Below are positions 39,580 to 50,010 of a stretch of DNA of 64,000 bases, piece by piece; within the stretch, counting starts at the first letter, position 1, and each line of letters begins with the position of its first letter. The stretch lies in sequence record NC_048668.1; one strand, written 5' to 3'. Under the pieces are notes generated by a model. The model was not told where the DNA came from. It was given only the letters and a program-made list of their open reading frames with translations, and did no database searches. Both the position numbers and the translations under genes were made by a program.

Positions 39580-39910
39580 TATGTAGAAAACATTCTTCGT
39601 GTTTCAAAGTAGTTCAATCTTGATCTTCGGCAGTTAACGCTGCGCTTGGATTCGGATAAAACTCTGGGCGGGGTTAACCTCCCGCTCCGTTTAACAATTT
39701 GGAAAAGGTCTGAAGAAGACCAACTCCTCGCGGATTAAGTTCCGTACATTAGCCGACTAAATCGTATTCGGCTCTAAACAAGATATACCGCACTATAGAT
39801 CTGCAAACAAACGTTGAACGATTGAACGCTGTAGCGTCTTCCTTCCGTAGCTATCTCCCTCGGCGACCTTAACCGGTCGTCGGGGAGAGATATGCTATTA
39901 TGACTTTTTG
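39580..39910 (+). ncRNA. candidate non-coding RNA with repeated UUAA-loop hairpins
   Basis: TATGTA motif at 39580, no ORF, at least six hairpins, long terminator stem 39848-39897 with T-run. Confidence 0.45.
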
Positions 39911-39929
39911 CTCGAAATGATTTCAGAAC

Positions 39930-39947
39930 TATATTACTACAATGATA
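39930..39947 (+). promoter_or_regulatory. early promoter TATATTAC-N5-TGATA
   Basis: ctatattactacaatgata upstream of the 11-gene array. Confidence 0.8.
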
Positions 39948-40062
39948 GGAGTTTTATACTCTAGAACTTACTGTATCAAATTGTACGTAGCTTTCACTTA
40001 TAATGAGGGTAGTTGCTGCACATTTGGTATTAAATTGAATCTGGTGGATTACAGGGACAATT

Positions 40063-40455
40063 ATGATTGGGCAAACTACAGTAGTAGGTAACGTACCATT
40101 GCTGTTACGTTCTATCACGAAACCTTATCCTTACTTAGTCCATGAGAACACGATCTTCCAATTGATGTTATTCACTTGGTGGAGTGTAGGTGACCTCGGC
40201 TGGGCAGAGCAGTTGTATACCTGGGTAATCAGGACTGGTAAGGATGAGCTTCCTCGAGCAGCCATGCTACTACCGGGAAGGAACCCGGTCGATTACGATA
40301 GGATGTTATTCGAGATATTTGATAACGTCTGTAATCACGAAGACATCCTCACTGACTACATGATCTCGAGCTTCGACCATTATCGACATCTGTACATTGA
40401 GGAAATCTATTTTAGGAAAAGGGAATTCACACTGAAACTAGCGGTGAGAAAATGA
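40063..40455 (+). CDS. array gene 1, hypothetical
   Basis: 130 aa; ATGA overlap with the next gene. Confidence 0.7.
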   Translation: MIGQTTVVGNVPLLLRSITKPYPYLVHENTIFQLMLFTWWSVGDLGWAEQLYTWVIRTGKDELPRAAMLLPGRNPVDYDRMLFEIFDNVCNHEDILTDYMISSFDHYRHLYIEEIYFRKREFTLKLAVRK

Positions 40456-40817
40456 TTATACTTTACGACATCAACACGATGATCAGTATAGCGAGAAAGA
40501 TAGACCCAGAACTGAGCCAAGGAGACTTGCTTGAAATATTCATATTTTGCATTACGAAAGACAATGATCTAAATTTGGTACATCCGACTTATATTGACGG
40601 ATCAAACAGAAGAGTAGCTGAGACAGTCAGGAGATTATGGCGGTTCATGCCAGGTTATAATTTCTTGGATATAGAGGATGTTCAACTCGCTCCATTCGGC
40701 CGTGTAGCAATACACGTAGATGAAGAGGAGTTCTACGACAGAAACCCTAATGCAATCCCTAGGAGTAAGTCATGGAGAGAATATACCGTCTCGACTACCC
40801 AATGTCTGTTCAAGTAA
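40452..40817 (+). CDS. array gene 2, hypothetical
   Basis: 121 aa; begins MIILYD. Confidence 0.7.
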   Translation: MIILYDINTMISIARKIDPELSQGDLLEIFIFCITKDNDLNLVHPTYIDGSNRRVAETVRRLWRFMPGYNFLDIEDVQLAPFGRVAIHVDEEEFYDRNPNAIPRSKSWREYTVSTTQCLFK

Positions 40818-41188
40818 TCCTGAATAAGCTGGATGGTTTGGAAGCTAAATACCGATTCCTTTATTCGTTAGTGAACACCGCTATATGGACAGGGATCTAC
40901 GAAGGGGAATCGGATAAAACCCTTTCCTTCAACGAACATTATTACAACGATCACATCGAGTACGTATACGACGACGAAGAGATGTCTGAAGAAACTCTAC
41001 AGGCTAGGATGAAGGAGTTGGATTTCTTATCTGACTTATTCACTCGACCTGAGGGAATCAATCTCTTCGAGAACAGCCTGGCTACAATGGGTCGTTCTTT
41101 GTCAGATATCGTAGACGGTTTAGCCGATCCAGTTCTGGCTGTAGAAACCGCCTTGATTAGTCACTACGATGTTTCAGTTATGGATTAG
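40772..41188 (+). CDS. array gene 3, acidic hypothetical
   Basis: RBS AGGAG; 138 aa. Confidence 0.7.
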   Translation: MERIYRLDYPMSVQVILNKLDGLEAKYRFLYSLVNTAIWTGIYEGESDKTLSFNEHYYNDHIEYVYDDEEMSEETLQARMKELDFLSDLFTRPEGINLFENSLATMGRSLSDIVDGLADPVLAVETALISHYDVSVMD

Positions 41189-41197
41189 AGGATTGCA

Positions 41198-41677
41198 ATG
41201 GGCAAGTTAGTTGTCGTAGATAGTTATTCGTTAACCGGGTTCTTGCTCAGTACAATACGACAGTTTATCCGTCGGTATCCTGAGTACCGTGAACGAATCG
41301 ATCCGAACATTTCGATAAACAATTTGCAAGAAACTACCGAGCGCATCATCTGGAATATCATTCAGAAGGACAAGCGTTTCGGTTCCCCGGAGTATTGGGA
41401 TGAGGTTCAGGAAATCGGGAAGTGGTTCAAGGGCTACGATCCCGAAGGCGTCTATATAGACGACCGTGGTGAAGAGCAAAATAGCGATGAGATGTCAGGT
41501 GAATTCTTCCGTGAAGTTATCGACATGTACGAAGTTCGTATCCGGTCAGTATTGGGATCGATCGGCGTAGATCTCAGCTGGGAATATTTGGAGTACGAGA
41601 AATCTACACCAACCGCTCTTCTATTACGGAGTCACGGTGACTATCGTATTTACGATTATCACAAACGTAATGGGTGA
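41198..41677 (+). CDS. array gene 4, acidic hypothetical
   Basis: RBS GAGGA; begins MGKLVVVD. Confidence 0.75.
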   Translation: MGKLVVVDSYSLTGFLLSTIRQFIRRYPEYRERIDPNISINNLQETTERIIWNIIQKDKRFGSPEYWDEVQEIGKWFKGYDPEGVYIDDRGEEQNSDEMSGEFFREVIDMYEVRIRSVLGSIGVDLSWEYLEYEKSTPTALLLRSHGDYRIYDYHKRNG

Positions 41678-41680
41678 GTT

Positions 41681-42028
41681 ATGAGGACATGGTTGATTCC
41701 AGTAGAAACGCTACGGGCAAGATACACGAGGTTACTCGATAATGTAGATCGGGATGCGAAGAACTCAGTTAACGTTGAGGTGCATCTGAAATACTTGTTG
41801 GCTAACCTTATGGAACCCGATCTCTTCTCCTACCGTGTTGATGAGATAGCGAACGACTTGAGTATGTTTGGTTTCGACCATATTGTCTTTGATTGTTTGG
41901 TCTTGGAGGTTAGTGATTTCTTCAAGAAACAAATCGTCTATCACACCGGCTTACCCCCGCATCTTTTCGAAGGAAACTGGCACCTTGACTTCCCAACAAG
42001 AACGTTATCGGTCAGTGCATATTGTTGA
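41681..42028 (+). CDS. array gene 5, hypothetical
   Basis: 115 aa; begins MRTWLIP. Confidence 0.7.
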   Translation: MRTWLIPVETLRARYTRLLDNVDRDAKNSVNVEVHLKYLLANLMEPDLFSYRVDEIANDLSMFGFDHIVFDCLVLEVSDFFKKQIVYHTGLPPHLFEGNWHLDFPTRTLSVSAYC

Positions 42029-42488
42029 TATCTCGAACCTACTCAGTCTATTTAAAGTCATGGTGAGTCCGTATGGGCTCTCCGTGGCTGATTGTGTTCG
42101 GGTAGCATTCCTTTATGCCATGACCTATTCAGTAAACAGTGATGGATCCTCTGTCTTTGACATGAGGTTACGTTATCGTATCGTTAATGAGATGGAGGTA
42201 CTGGTCGAGAAATCGTTGATCAAACATCCACTTAATAACGAAGAGGAGTATGAATTACATCGGACTAATATCTACCTGATGATTCAGAAAATGTCTCGTA
42301 ATCTAGGGCCGCAATCCTCAGGGTACTTCGGCGTTATTGATTCTATAGAGGATATAATGTTCGATTTTGATCTCACCTTAGGAACGCTCTATGTTAGATT
42401 TAAGAAGCCCGCCTGGGAGGCATTCAAAGAGAATAGTTCTATATCTCGACTACAAAGAGGAAATCCACGATCTCTATCTCAGCCTTAG
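42015..42488 (+). CDS. array gene 6, hypothetical (start uncertain)
   Basis: GTG at 42015 (VHIVDISNLL) overlaps the upstream stop; in frame with the 41868 ORF. Confidence 0.6.
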   Translation: MHIVDISNLLSLFKVMVSPYGLSVADCVRVAFLYAMTYSVNSDGSSVFDMRLRYRIVNEMEVLVEKSLIKHPLNNEEEYELHRTNIYLMIQKMSRNLGPQSSGYFGVIDSIEDIMFDFDLTLGTLYVRFKKPAWEAFKENSSISRLQRGNPRSLSQP

Positions 42489-42798
42489 TAAAGACTGGGG
42501 GATCATTGGAGCACCTCGATTGTTGATCGAAGGGGCTATCAACTCTATTACGGCCTCTACGCCTCCTAAGGTAATACTTAAGGAACTCTCCGAAATCATC
42601 ATGTTAGTTCGTAATCCGTTCTTCCAGAAAGAGAATTGGGACATGAACAACTGGATGTCTGACGCGCTCGTTTTTTACGGCATGTTTCAAAAGTTCTATG
42701 CGCATGTTCTACTTGCCAGGAACTTAACCGGAGAGTACTCCGTATCATCTATCGACTTCAGTCAATCTTCAATAAGGTTGATGTTGGAGAAACCATGA
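42391..42798 (+). CDS. array gene 7, hypothetical (start uncertain)
   Basis: RIVLYLDY N-terminal strand; ATGA overlap downstream. Confidence 0.6.
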   Translation: MLDLRSPPGRHSKRIVLYLDYKEEIHDLYLSLSKDWGIIGAPRLLIEGAINSITASTPPKVILKELSEIIMLVRNPFFQKENWDMNNWMSDALVFYGMFQKFYAHVLLARNLTGEYSVSSIDFSQSSIRLMLEKP

Positions 42799-43235
42799 TT
42801 AACCGTAACTTCACTTCCACGGCATTATTCGAGATTCGTGGATGGAATGCAAGTGTTCTAGATGCATTCGTAAAGAGGCACGCTCCGGATCTAACTGGCC
42901 CGGAGTTACTTAAGTATGCTGCTCAGTTGTCTTTGGATTACTACATCCATCCCAATGGAGAAGCGTTTGATAATCTCCAGGATAATCTTGAAGAACAGTT
43001 TGGTTATAACGAGTTGACGGAAGATAGCCCGGATTACGTTTATGAGCAAATTGAACGTGAAGTGCAAGTATATGTGGAAATCGTATCTGACTTCGCAAGG
43101 TATCTTGATAAAGAAATCGAACGCATCGCCAGCCGTATCGACATCCCGTTGAGCCGAGTCAGTATTGATCGTGCATTCGTACGCGGGCACACATTCGGTT
43201 TACAGTTAGTCGATTATGACCGGGAGGTTTGGTGA
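42795..43235 (+). CDS. array gene 8, acidic hypothetical
   Basis: RBS GGAG; 146 aa. Confidence 0.75.
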   Translation: MINRNFTSTALFEIRGWNASVLDAFVKRHAPDLTGPELLKYAAQLSLDYYIHPNGEAFDNLQDNLEEQFGYNELTEDSPDYVYEQIEREVQVYVEIVSDFARYLDKEIERIASRIDIPLSRVSIDRAFVRGHTFGLQLVDYDREVW

Positions 43236-43687
43236 GCACCGTAGCTAAAGTAATTGTCTTTGAAGCACTTGAGTATTTAAGGCTGTTGGAAAACCTGTGT
43301 TCTGTAGTAGAAGCCTCTGACGAAATGGTATATGTCAACCGTGAAGGTATTACCCATTGTATTCTGGATGATATCATGAGCGGCGGCACATTCGAGGGCT
43401 CTATGCGGGGCTATGTGTTTGCCGATAGTAAATGTAAAATGGATGTTGCTCTTGAAATAATCGAAGAGCAGCGTGAGTTATTAAGGAATGAATTGACTCA
43501 GGTAATGATGCGTCAGTGCATGGGTGTAATCAAAGATGCCTCTTTCATTGATAACTTCACCATACTCGGGTTAACTAAATCCATTGCGATGAGATACCTG
43601 ACAAATGATTCTGAAATGTTACCACAGCAGCGTATATCTCCCCGTCGTAATTGGGGAATACGTAGACGCGATAACCGGGCGTATTAA
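43229..43687 (+). CDS. array gene 9, hypothetical
   Basis: RBS GGAGGT; KVIVFE strand. Confidence 0.7.
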   Translation: MVSTVAKVIVFEALEYLRLLENLCSVVEASDEMVYVNREGITHCILDDIMSGGTFEGSMRGYVFADSKCKMDVALEIIEEQRELLRNELTQVMMRQCMGVIKDASFIDNFTILGLTKSIAMRYLTNDSEMLPQQRISPRRNWGIRRRDNRAY

Positions 43688-43985
43688 GAAAGAGGCTAGC
43701 GAGTCTGGGGAAGATCTGGAGATCGACCCCGTCTTCGTCATGGAAGAAGCCGTTAAAGAGATTGAATGGTGTTTCATTGAACTGTTGTCTCTCGAGGAAG
43801 GAGCGCCGCCTACTTTCGATTGGTTAATTAACTCGAGTTTACCTGCAATCAACTTCTATCGTTCTTTGATGGATACCGATGTCTTCACCCATCTACGCAA
43901 TGAGGAGTTCGACTTCGTAAGTCTGGATGTTATGAATTCTTGCGAAATCTTAGTAACTCTGAAATGGAGAAGTAAAAATGGCTGA
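43605..43985 (+). CDS. array gene 10, acidic hypothetical
   Basis: 126 aa; overlaps both neighbours. Confidence 0.65.
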   Translation: MILKCYHSSVYLPVVIGEYVDAITGRIKKEASESGEDLEIDPVFVMEEAVKEIEWCFIELLSLEEGAPPTFDWLINSSLPAINFYRSLMDTDVFTHLRNEEFDFVSLDVMNSCEILVTLKWRSKNG

Positions 43986-44403
43986 AGCAGGTAACAAGAT
44001 CCTGGGTAAGTTTAACCTGGGTGATCGGGTTACGTTCCAGATTTACCCGGTGACACTTTACGGTGACATTTTCCGTAACTGCGTCCCTACTGACCTTATC
44101 TCGTTCAAGTCAACGCCTCGATTTAATGTCGATGCTGCGGCTGAACACGCTAAGGTCTACAACTTACTTCCACCTGGCCAAGCGCCAAATGACCCTGCGG
44201 GTTATAAGTGGTTAGTAGTTACTCTGGAGAACGGCGATGAGCGCGTAATCGGTTTACCTTGGATTAAGGTTGATACAATCCAGGTAATCCAGGTAGTTAA
44301 CACCTACGTGACTATCCCGAACACTGCCCCAGAAGATCAAGAGAAGATTCGACTGGCACTCTCTGCCGCAGGTTTCAACGACGTCGAAATCAATCAGCGA
44401 TAA
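43978..44403 (+). CDS. conserved hypothetical protein (beta-rich), last gene of the operon
   Basis: GDRVTFQIYP and VIGLPWI motifs; terminator at 44411-44436. Confidence 0.75.
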   Translation: MAEAGNKILGKFNLGDRVTFQIYPVTLYGDIFRNCVPTDLISFKSTPRFNVDAAAEHAKVYNLLPPGQAPNDPAGYKWLVVTLENGDERVIGLPWIKVDTIQVIQVVNTYVTIPNTAPEDQEKIRLALSAAGFNDVEINQR

Positions 44404-44519
44404 CATACTCCTCCCTCTGCCATTAGGCAGAGGGAGGGCTATTTATTCTCTTTCTTTTTTCTTTTACGTCATGAGCTGATGGTATAGATGAAAGTTTAAG
44501 ATTAGAAAAAGGGATTAAC

Positions 44520-46748
44520 ATGTCCGCTAATATTCAGAACCCATTTAATCGTCCTGCGTCACACTACACGCGTAACATCGATGTCATTACGGGTTACATC
44601 GAACAGAATACTTTACTCCTCCATAAGTCAACTGGACTTCCGATGGATGAGTGCGAAGCTTTCGTAAGGGAAGAACTCTTCGAAGGCCCGAATAAAATGA
44701 AGGATCCTGAGTTCCTGTTATTGGAAAGGGACGACGAACTCGATCAGCATCCTAAAGCAGTGAGGTTTACTCAGTACATCAGTACAGTGACTTCAAACGG
44801 CTGGTTACTGGCACCTACCTTCACTACGGTACTGCCACCGCACATCAAACAGTCTCTGCTTTCTGAATACATCAAAGGAAACTTGAGCAAACGTTCCGCT
44901 GAGAAGCACTTGATGTTTGAAGCCGAGCGTAAAGGTAATGGATTTAAAGCTACGTTCCACAAGAACAACCAGAACAACAAAAAGATCCTGAACAACGCCA
45001 TCTCAGGCAACCACCGTTCTGAGCACAGTCCGTTACATGACCGTAGTACTCACCCGGTGTTGACTTCGTGCTGTCGTATTGCTAACGGTAGTGCTAACTC
45101 CAACGATGATCGGTTGTTGTCCGGTAACCGTCACTATTGGAAGCCTGAAGTTGTACTGAACAATATCAGTAGTATCCTCAGCCTGAGCAATTGGGACGAA
45201 GTGGAAGAAGCGGTAGTGAAGCATAACCTCCATATCCCGACAGTGGATGAAGTTATGGAAGTTATCCGTTGGGGTAGTGACCTTTATTGGGGTCGTGGTA
45301 ACCCTGACTCACCAGCTCACCGTACGATCCGTAAGTACGTAGAGGGTTGCACGGATATCGAGCGTGCAGGTATTGTTTATACCGGCGACCTTTACCACTT
45401 GCGTAAATACAACGAACCGTTAGTACGTGACTTCATCTCTGGTCTGGTTACTCCAGCTACCGAGATCGACCCTGATCATGAAGCGTGGCTGAAACACGTA
45501 GATGATGACACCATCGCACAGATGAAAGTTATGTTCCCACACATTCTCTTGGAAGAGGATCTTTGGGATGACTACGAAGAAGTGAGTCAACGTGAAGGCT
45601 TTGGTCTGATGGGCACAACGTGCAAACAGATCTACCAGAAGCTGGACAAGTATAAGGAGATCATCAACGTCTTCTTCATGTCTAAGAACATTCCGTTCCT
45701 GACTTGTGACTTCCCCCACTCCATCCGTCGTAGTGGTGTAGGTTCAGATACAGACTCCGCAATCTTTACGGTGCAGGATTGGGTACAATGGTACTCTGGT
45801 CACAACCGCGTGAACCATGAGAACATCATCATAGCCGAATCTATGGGCTTCATTGTATCTCAAACCACAACACACAACCTGGCTAGCTTGGCGGGTAACA
45901 TGGGTGTTGTAGAACCTAAAGAAGTATTCCGTCTCTCAATGAAGAACGAATACCTGTTCCCTATCTTTACTCTTACGTCTCGTGCTAAGCACTACTTTGC
46001 TAACATGGCGGTACAAGAGGGGGTAATCTTTAAGAAGTATAAACGTGAGAAGAAAGGTGTGGAGTTAATCGCATCTAACTCACCGGCCGGGGTACGTGCT
46101 GACCTTGACAGAATCATCGAGGAAATCACTGACCTGGCTACGGAAGATAAAAAGATTAACCTCGCTCGTTACTTACGCTGGGTAGCTCGTTGGGAATACA
46201 CCATTTACGATTCTATTCGTAACGGTGAAGTAACTTACCTGAAAGCTGCTCGTGTAAAAGAGGAAGATGGTTACGAAGGTGAAAACACCCCTTACCTGAA
46301 CTATGAGTTGTGGCAGGAAGTGTTCGCACCTAAGTATGGTTTGATCGAACCACCTCCGTATTCTGCTTTGGCGTTTAGCATTATTCATGACACCAAGAAG
46401 AAAACGGATAACTGGTTGAATACGTGGGAAGATCAGGAGATGGCTGGTCGCTTCCGTAAATGGTTAGCGTCTAAAGGGAAGAGTTACGTTGGTCGTATGT
46501 TGCTGCCTGAGAGTATCATTATCTCCATGGGTATTCCATCAGAGATTCTGGATGCAATCGACGTTCGCAAGATTATCGGTTCAGCAATGAGCCCGATGTA
46601 CCTGGTCTTAGAGAGCCTGGACTACTATCTGTTTGACAGTAACCAGACTCGCCTTATCTTTGACCACATCGACCGTGACGTAGCCTTTATGGACGTAGAC
46701 CAAGTGGACTCAGCACTTCGGACTCAAGTAGTTGAAGAGTTCGATTAA
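44520..46748 (+). CDS. DNA polymerase, polymerisation subunit (phiKZ gp50-like, divergent family B)
   Basis: K...NN.ISG motif (KKILNNAISG), SDTDS catalytic motif, RAKHY; 742 aa. Confidence 0.85.
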   Translation: MSANIQNPFNRPASHYTRNIDVITGYIEQNTLLLHKSTGLPMDECEAFVREELFEGPNKMKDPEFLLLERDDELDQHPKAVRFTQYISTVTSNGWLLAPTFTTVLPPHIKQSLLSEYIKGNLSKRSAEKHLMFEAERKGNGFKATFHKNNQNNKKILNNAISGNHRSEHSPLHDRSTHPVLTSCCRIANGSANSNDDRLLSGNRHYWKPEVVLNNISSILSLSNWDEVEEAVVKHNLHIPTVDEVMEVIRWGSDLYWGRGNPDSPAHRTIRKYVEGCTDIERAGIVYTGDLYHLRKYNEPLVRDFISGLVTPATEIDPDHEAWLKHVDDDTIAQMKVMFPHILLEEDLWDDYEEVSQREGFGLMGTTCKQIYQKLDKYKEIINVFFMSKNIPFLTCDFPHSIRRSGVGSDTDSAIFTVQDWVQWYSGHNRVNHENIIIAESMGFIVSQTTTHNLASLAGNMGVVEPKEVFRLSMKNEYLFPIFTLTSRAKHYFANMAVQEGVIFKKYKREKKGVELIASNSPAGVRADLDRIIEEITDLATEDKKINLARYLRWVARWEYTIYDSIRNGEVTYLKAARVKEEDGYEGENTPYLNYELWQEVFAPKYGLIEPPPYSALAFSIIHDTKKKTDNWLNTWEDQEMAGRFRKWLASKGKSYVGRMLLPESIIISMGIPSEILDAIDVRKIIGSAMSPMYLVLESLDYYLFDSNQTRLIFDHIDRDVAFMDVDQVDSALRTQVVEEFD

Positions 46749-47785
46749 CATCGACGCCGGTAATCCCATTGAAGTAGTTACCGTTCTTTAACCGATTGAA
46801 ATAGCGATCAAGGTATTGAGCAACGCGGGTATTGTTCTGCGTCTTAGTCTCTTTACCTGCCCAGGCAAGGAACGCCAGGTATCGCATATAAGCCAAGGTA
46901 TAAATACCCAGGTTCTGTCGGTTGAAGAACGTATCCGGGATTCGCAGTTTATCTGCGAGGTTATCCAGGAAGATCAGAGGGATCTGAGCTGGCAAAGTAA
47001 GGAAGTCTTTGTTGGCTGTACGTAACCGATTGATCAAGTCGGCAATAACTGAATCTGCAGGTGTGTTTAAATCCACGGAGGCCAGCCCAATTCGTTTGGG
47101 TTGGCTTACCATGGGTTTATGCTCCCATCTCGCTGCCAGACGGTTAAAGAAGCAAGTATCGATATCGCTACTGATCATGTTCACCAATGGGTATTGATAA
47201 ACGAACTGAGTAACTAGCGGTTTGACTTCGCTATATGTCTGGACATTAGCTTTCCATTTAACGAACTGGAGAGCAAGTAAACCGATGTCCAATTCTAGGA
47301 AAGCACCGGGCCTTACCGATCGGATAATCTTCACCGTTACGAGTCTGCATGGTCAAGTCGGTAAATGGATGAGATATTACCTTAATAGGTTCCAAGTCCA
47401 TCCAGATGTCTGTCACGTCCAAATTGGTTGGGTAGCGACGCTTGACGCAGATAATGAATTCGCGAACGCTTTTAGGGAAGAAAGAGTTCTTACTCAGCGC
47501 ACCTGACAGTTGAACTTCATTGTTCAGTCCAAGTGCACGGATGATCTTATCAGCCTGGGTGTTAACACGGTAATAAAAGTCTTCATCATCACCCAGGTAC
47601 TGAACCGCTACGTGCTGAAGAACCTGAACCAGGATATGGTCGGACTCCACCGCGTGTACAGATTTACGGTACCAGTATTTGGTACGAACCAAATTCGATT
47701 GAGCATTGTTCCTGAGGAGATTCATGGCGCCAGGCGTATAATCCCTGACGTTATCTGTCCTTAGGTCTTTGAATATTTCGATCAT
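46687..47785 (-). CDS. conserved virion-associated protein (phiKZ gp52-like position); +1 base at 47308-47310
   Basis: Two ORFs join into about 365 aa after removing one base (GKAGAFLELDIGLL). Confidence 0.65.
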
Positions 47786-47976
47786 CGTTTACCTCATGGG
47801 TAAAGGGTTAGGTAATTTTTTACATACGATCCATTAGATATGTAAAAGTAACTATTCCGATTGGAATTGTTGCTAGGTACGTATAATCTATTATATGTAC
47901 AAACTATTCTTGGGTGCCTCGGGGTGCTCAGGTCGTACTATAGGCTATATAGCCGAAATGAAACTTTTTTCACGTC

Positions 47977-47994
47977 TATATTCCTACTATGAAG
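47977..47994 (+). promoter_or_regulatory. variant early promoter upstream of chmA
   Basis: cacgtc-TATATTCC-tacta-TGAAG; upstream context matches the copy at 56681. Confidence 0.6.
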
Positions 47995-48073
47995 ATAAAC
48001 AAAGATGTTTCTTCTTCAAATAATTACTTTCATTGCAATGAAACAATAAACAATGCTTTTAAGGAGCAAAACA

Positions 48074-49909
48074 ATGAGTCTGTCTGACCAAAACGTTAAC
48101 GAAGCTAAAAACACCCAACGCGCTGCAGCTGCACAGGGTCAACAACCTCGCGAACAAGCAGGCCGTCGTCTGAACACCAACATCTTCGAAAGCGGCCAAC
48201 TGGTACAAGCCGGCGTTTCCGGTAACGAACTGACCACTTTCATCGAGCGCTTCAACGCTTATCACGACGCAAACAAAGCTGCTCTGTCTGCCGGCGGTCA
48301 ACTGACCTGGGCCGTAATCCCAGCATCTTCTGGCGAAACCAAAATGAAGCTGGATGCAGCTGTCGTTGTCGGTAAAGCCACTACCTCCGAAGGCGTGATC
48401 ACCACTGCACTGACTCTGCTGTTCACCGGCGGCCAGCCTCTGCCGAAGCAAGTCGTAGAGATCAGCAACCGTAACGAGCGTCAGTACTCTGCCGTCGCGA
48501 ACGATCAGTTCACCGAAGCGTATCAGAAAAAGCTGACCGAAATCATCAACCGCAAAGCGCCTTACATGGGCGAAGCTGAAAACATCGTTCTGATGGGCGC
48601 CGTGGCAGTAACCAACGCGCAACTGAGCGAAGCGAAGTGTGAAGACCTGATCATCTCCGCGGTGAACTCCGTCTTCGGTTACCTGGGCAACATGCTGCGT
48701 ACCGAACACTTCTCTCTGACCGATGCGATCGACTCTCAGCGCAGCGAGTTCGTTTCTCGCGTGATCTACAATCAGGGCGATGCCCATGACGAAATCACCG
48801 AGCGTCCTCGTCGTCGCGATCTGGCCGTCGAAGTATCTCTGGCAACCAAAGGTCAGCGTAACCGTGTGTCTAACGCACTGGAAAACGCTGAAGGCGCAAT
48901 GGACATCGCAACCAATCGAAGGTTACGTTGATCTGCTGTTCCTGGGTCGTCCGGATGGTCAGCAACGTCGTTCTCGCTACCGTTCTCAGCGTGAAGAAGA
49001 CGCAGCGCGTCAGATCTACGGTAAAAACCTGGTCATCACCCACATGAAGCACGAAGCTTCTCCCGAGCACCTGTGCCTGGCACTGGCCCAGGATCCCTGT
49101 ACTGATCAACGAAAACGTTCTGACCACTGGCCTGAAGCCAGCCGGCGACAACGCGAAACTGCGTACTCCGGTTGCTCTGACCTACGAGCTGGACGAAGAG
49201 TTCGAAGCAGTGCCGGACGTTCTGGACGATGCAGAGTGGGCTGACCTGACCGACGTAGTGATCCAACCGGATCAGAACTTCGTAACCGTACTGATCGACG
49301 AAACCGGCATCACCACCCAACAGCAGAAACTGCTGCTGCAAGCGACCGACCGCATGAACCCGAACCGTGACCTGTTCGCAGACATGCTGGTACAAGCGGC
49401 TGATAACCTGACCAAAGGCGCCTTCATGGAAAGCCTGGGCGCAGCGCGTATCAACCCGCTGGATATCGGCGAACGTCAAGACCCGTATCGTCCTGCTGGG
49501 CGAATGGACTGACGACCGTGGCCAAATCCGTTCTCTGACCGAAATCGACTACTACGCGATCCTGACTGCCTTCGGCCAGAAAGATCGTCGCATCGTAGAA
49601 GACTGGGATCGTTGCCAGAACGATGTAAGCCTGCCGATCGAAATCCGTCTGGCGAAAATGGAAGAGATCATCGACCAATTCACCGGCGGTTCCTACCGCA
49701 TCACCGGTCACGGTGTTCCAGTACTGGTTAACACCCAGTGGCTGTTCACTCTGACCAACGCCGCAGAGCGCGCTGGTATGGTTACTCAGGCTGACGGTAT
49801 CTATCAGGATACTCGTTTCCGTCGTGGTTTCCAATCTCAGTACGCTACTTCCGGTTACGCCGGCAAAGCGTTCCGTATGCGTGGTACTGGTCGCAACGAT
49901 TACTTCTAA
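48074..49909 (+). CDS. chmA: chimallin, major phage-nucleus shell protein; three +1 bases (48914-15, 49091-92, 49498-500)
   Basis: RBS AAGGAG; corrected 610 aa; very strong codon bias; immediately upstream of nvRNAP beta-prime, as phiKZ gp54-gp55. Confidence 0.8.
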
Positions 49910-50010
49910 GTAATAGTTCGGAAGTAATTGAAGTACTCCCGTAAGGGTGAGAAAGGGGGCGTTTGCCTCCTTTCTTTTTTTCTATCTTTTCAGAAAAGAG
50001 GGGAAAGTAA

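Noticed and set aside
39666-39690. tRNA/tmRNA T-arm-like hairpin
   Set aside because: No TTC T-loop, acceptor stem or CCA; treated as part of the candidate ncRNA instead
48074-49909. Programmed ribosomal frameshifting in chmA and ligA
   Set aside because: Multiple +1 events per gene, all in short homopolymers with no slippery heptamer or stimulator; sequencing error is far more parsimonious
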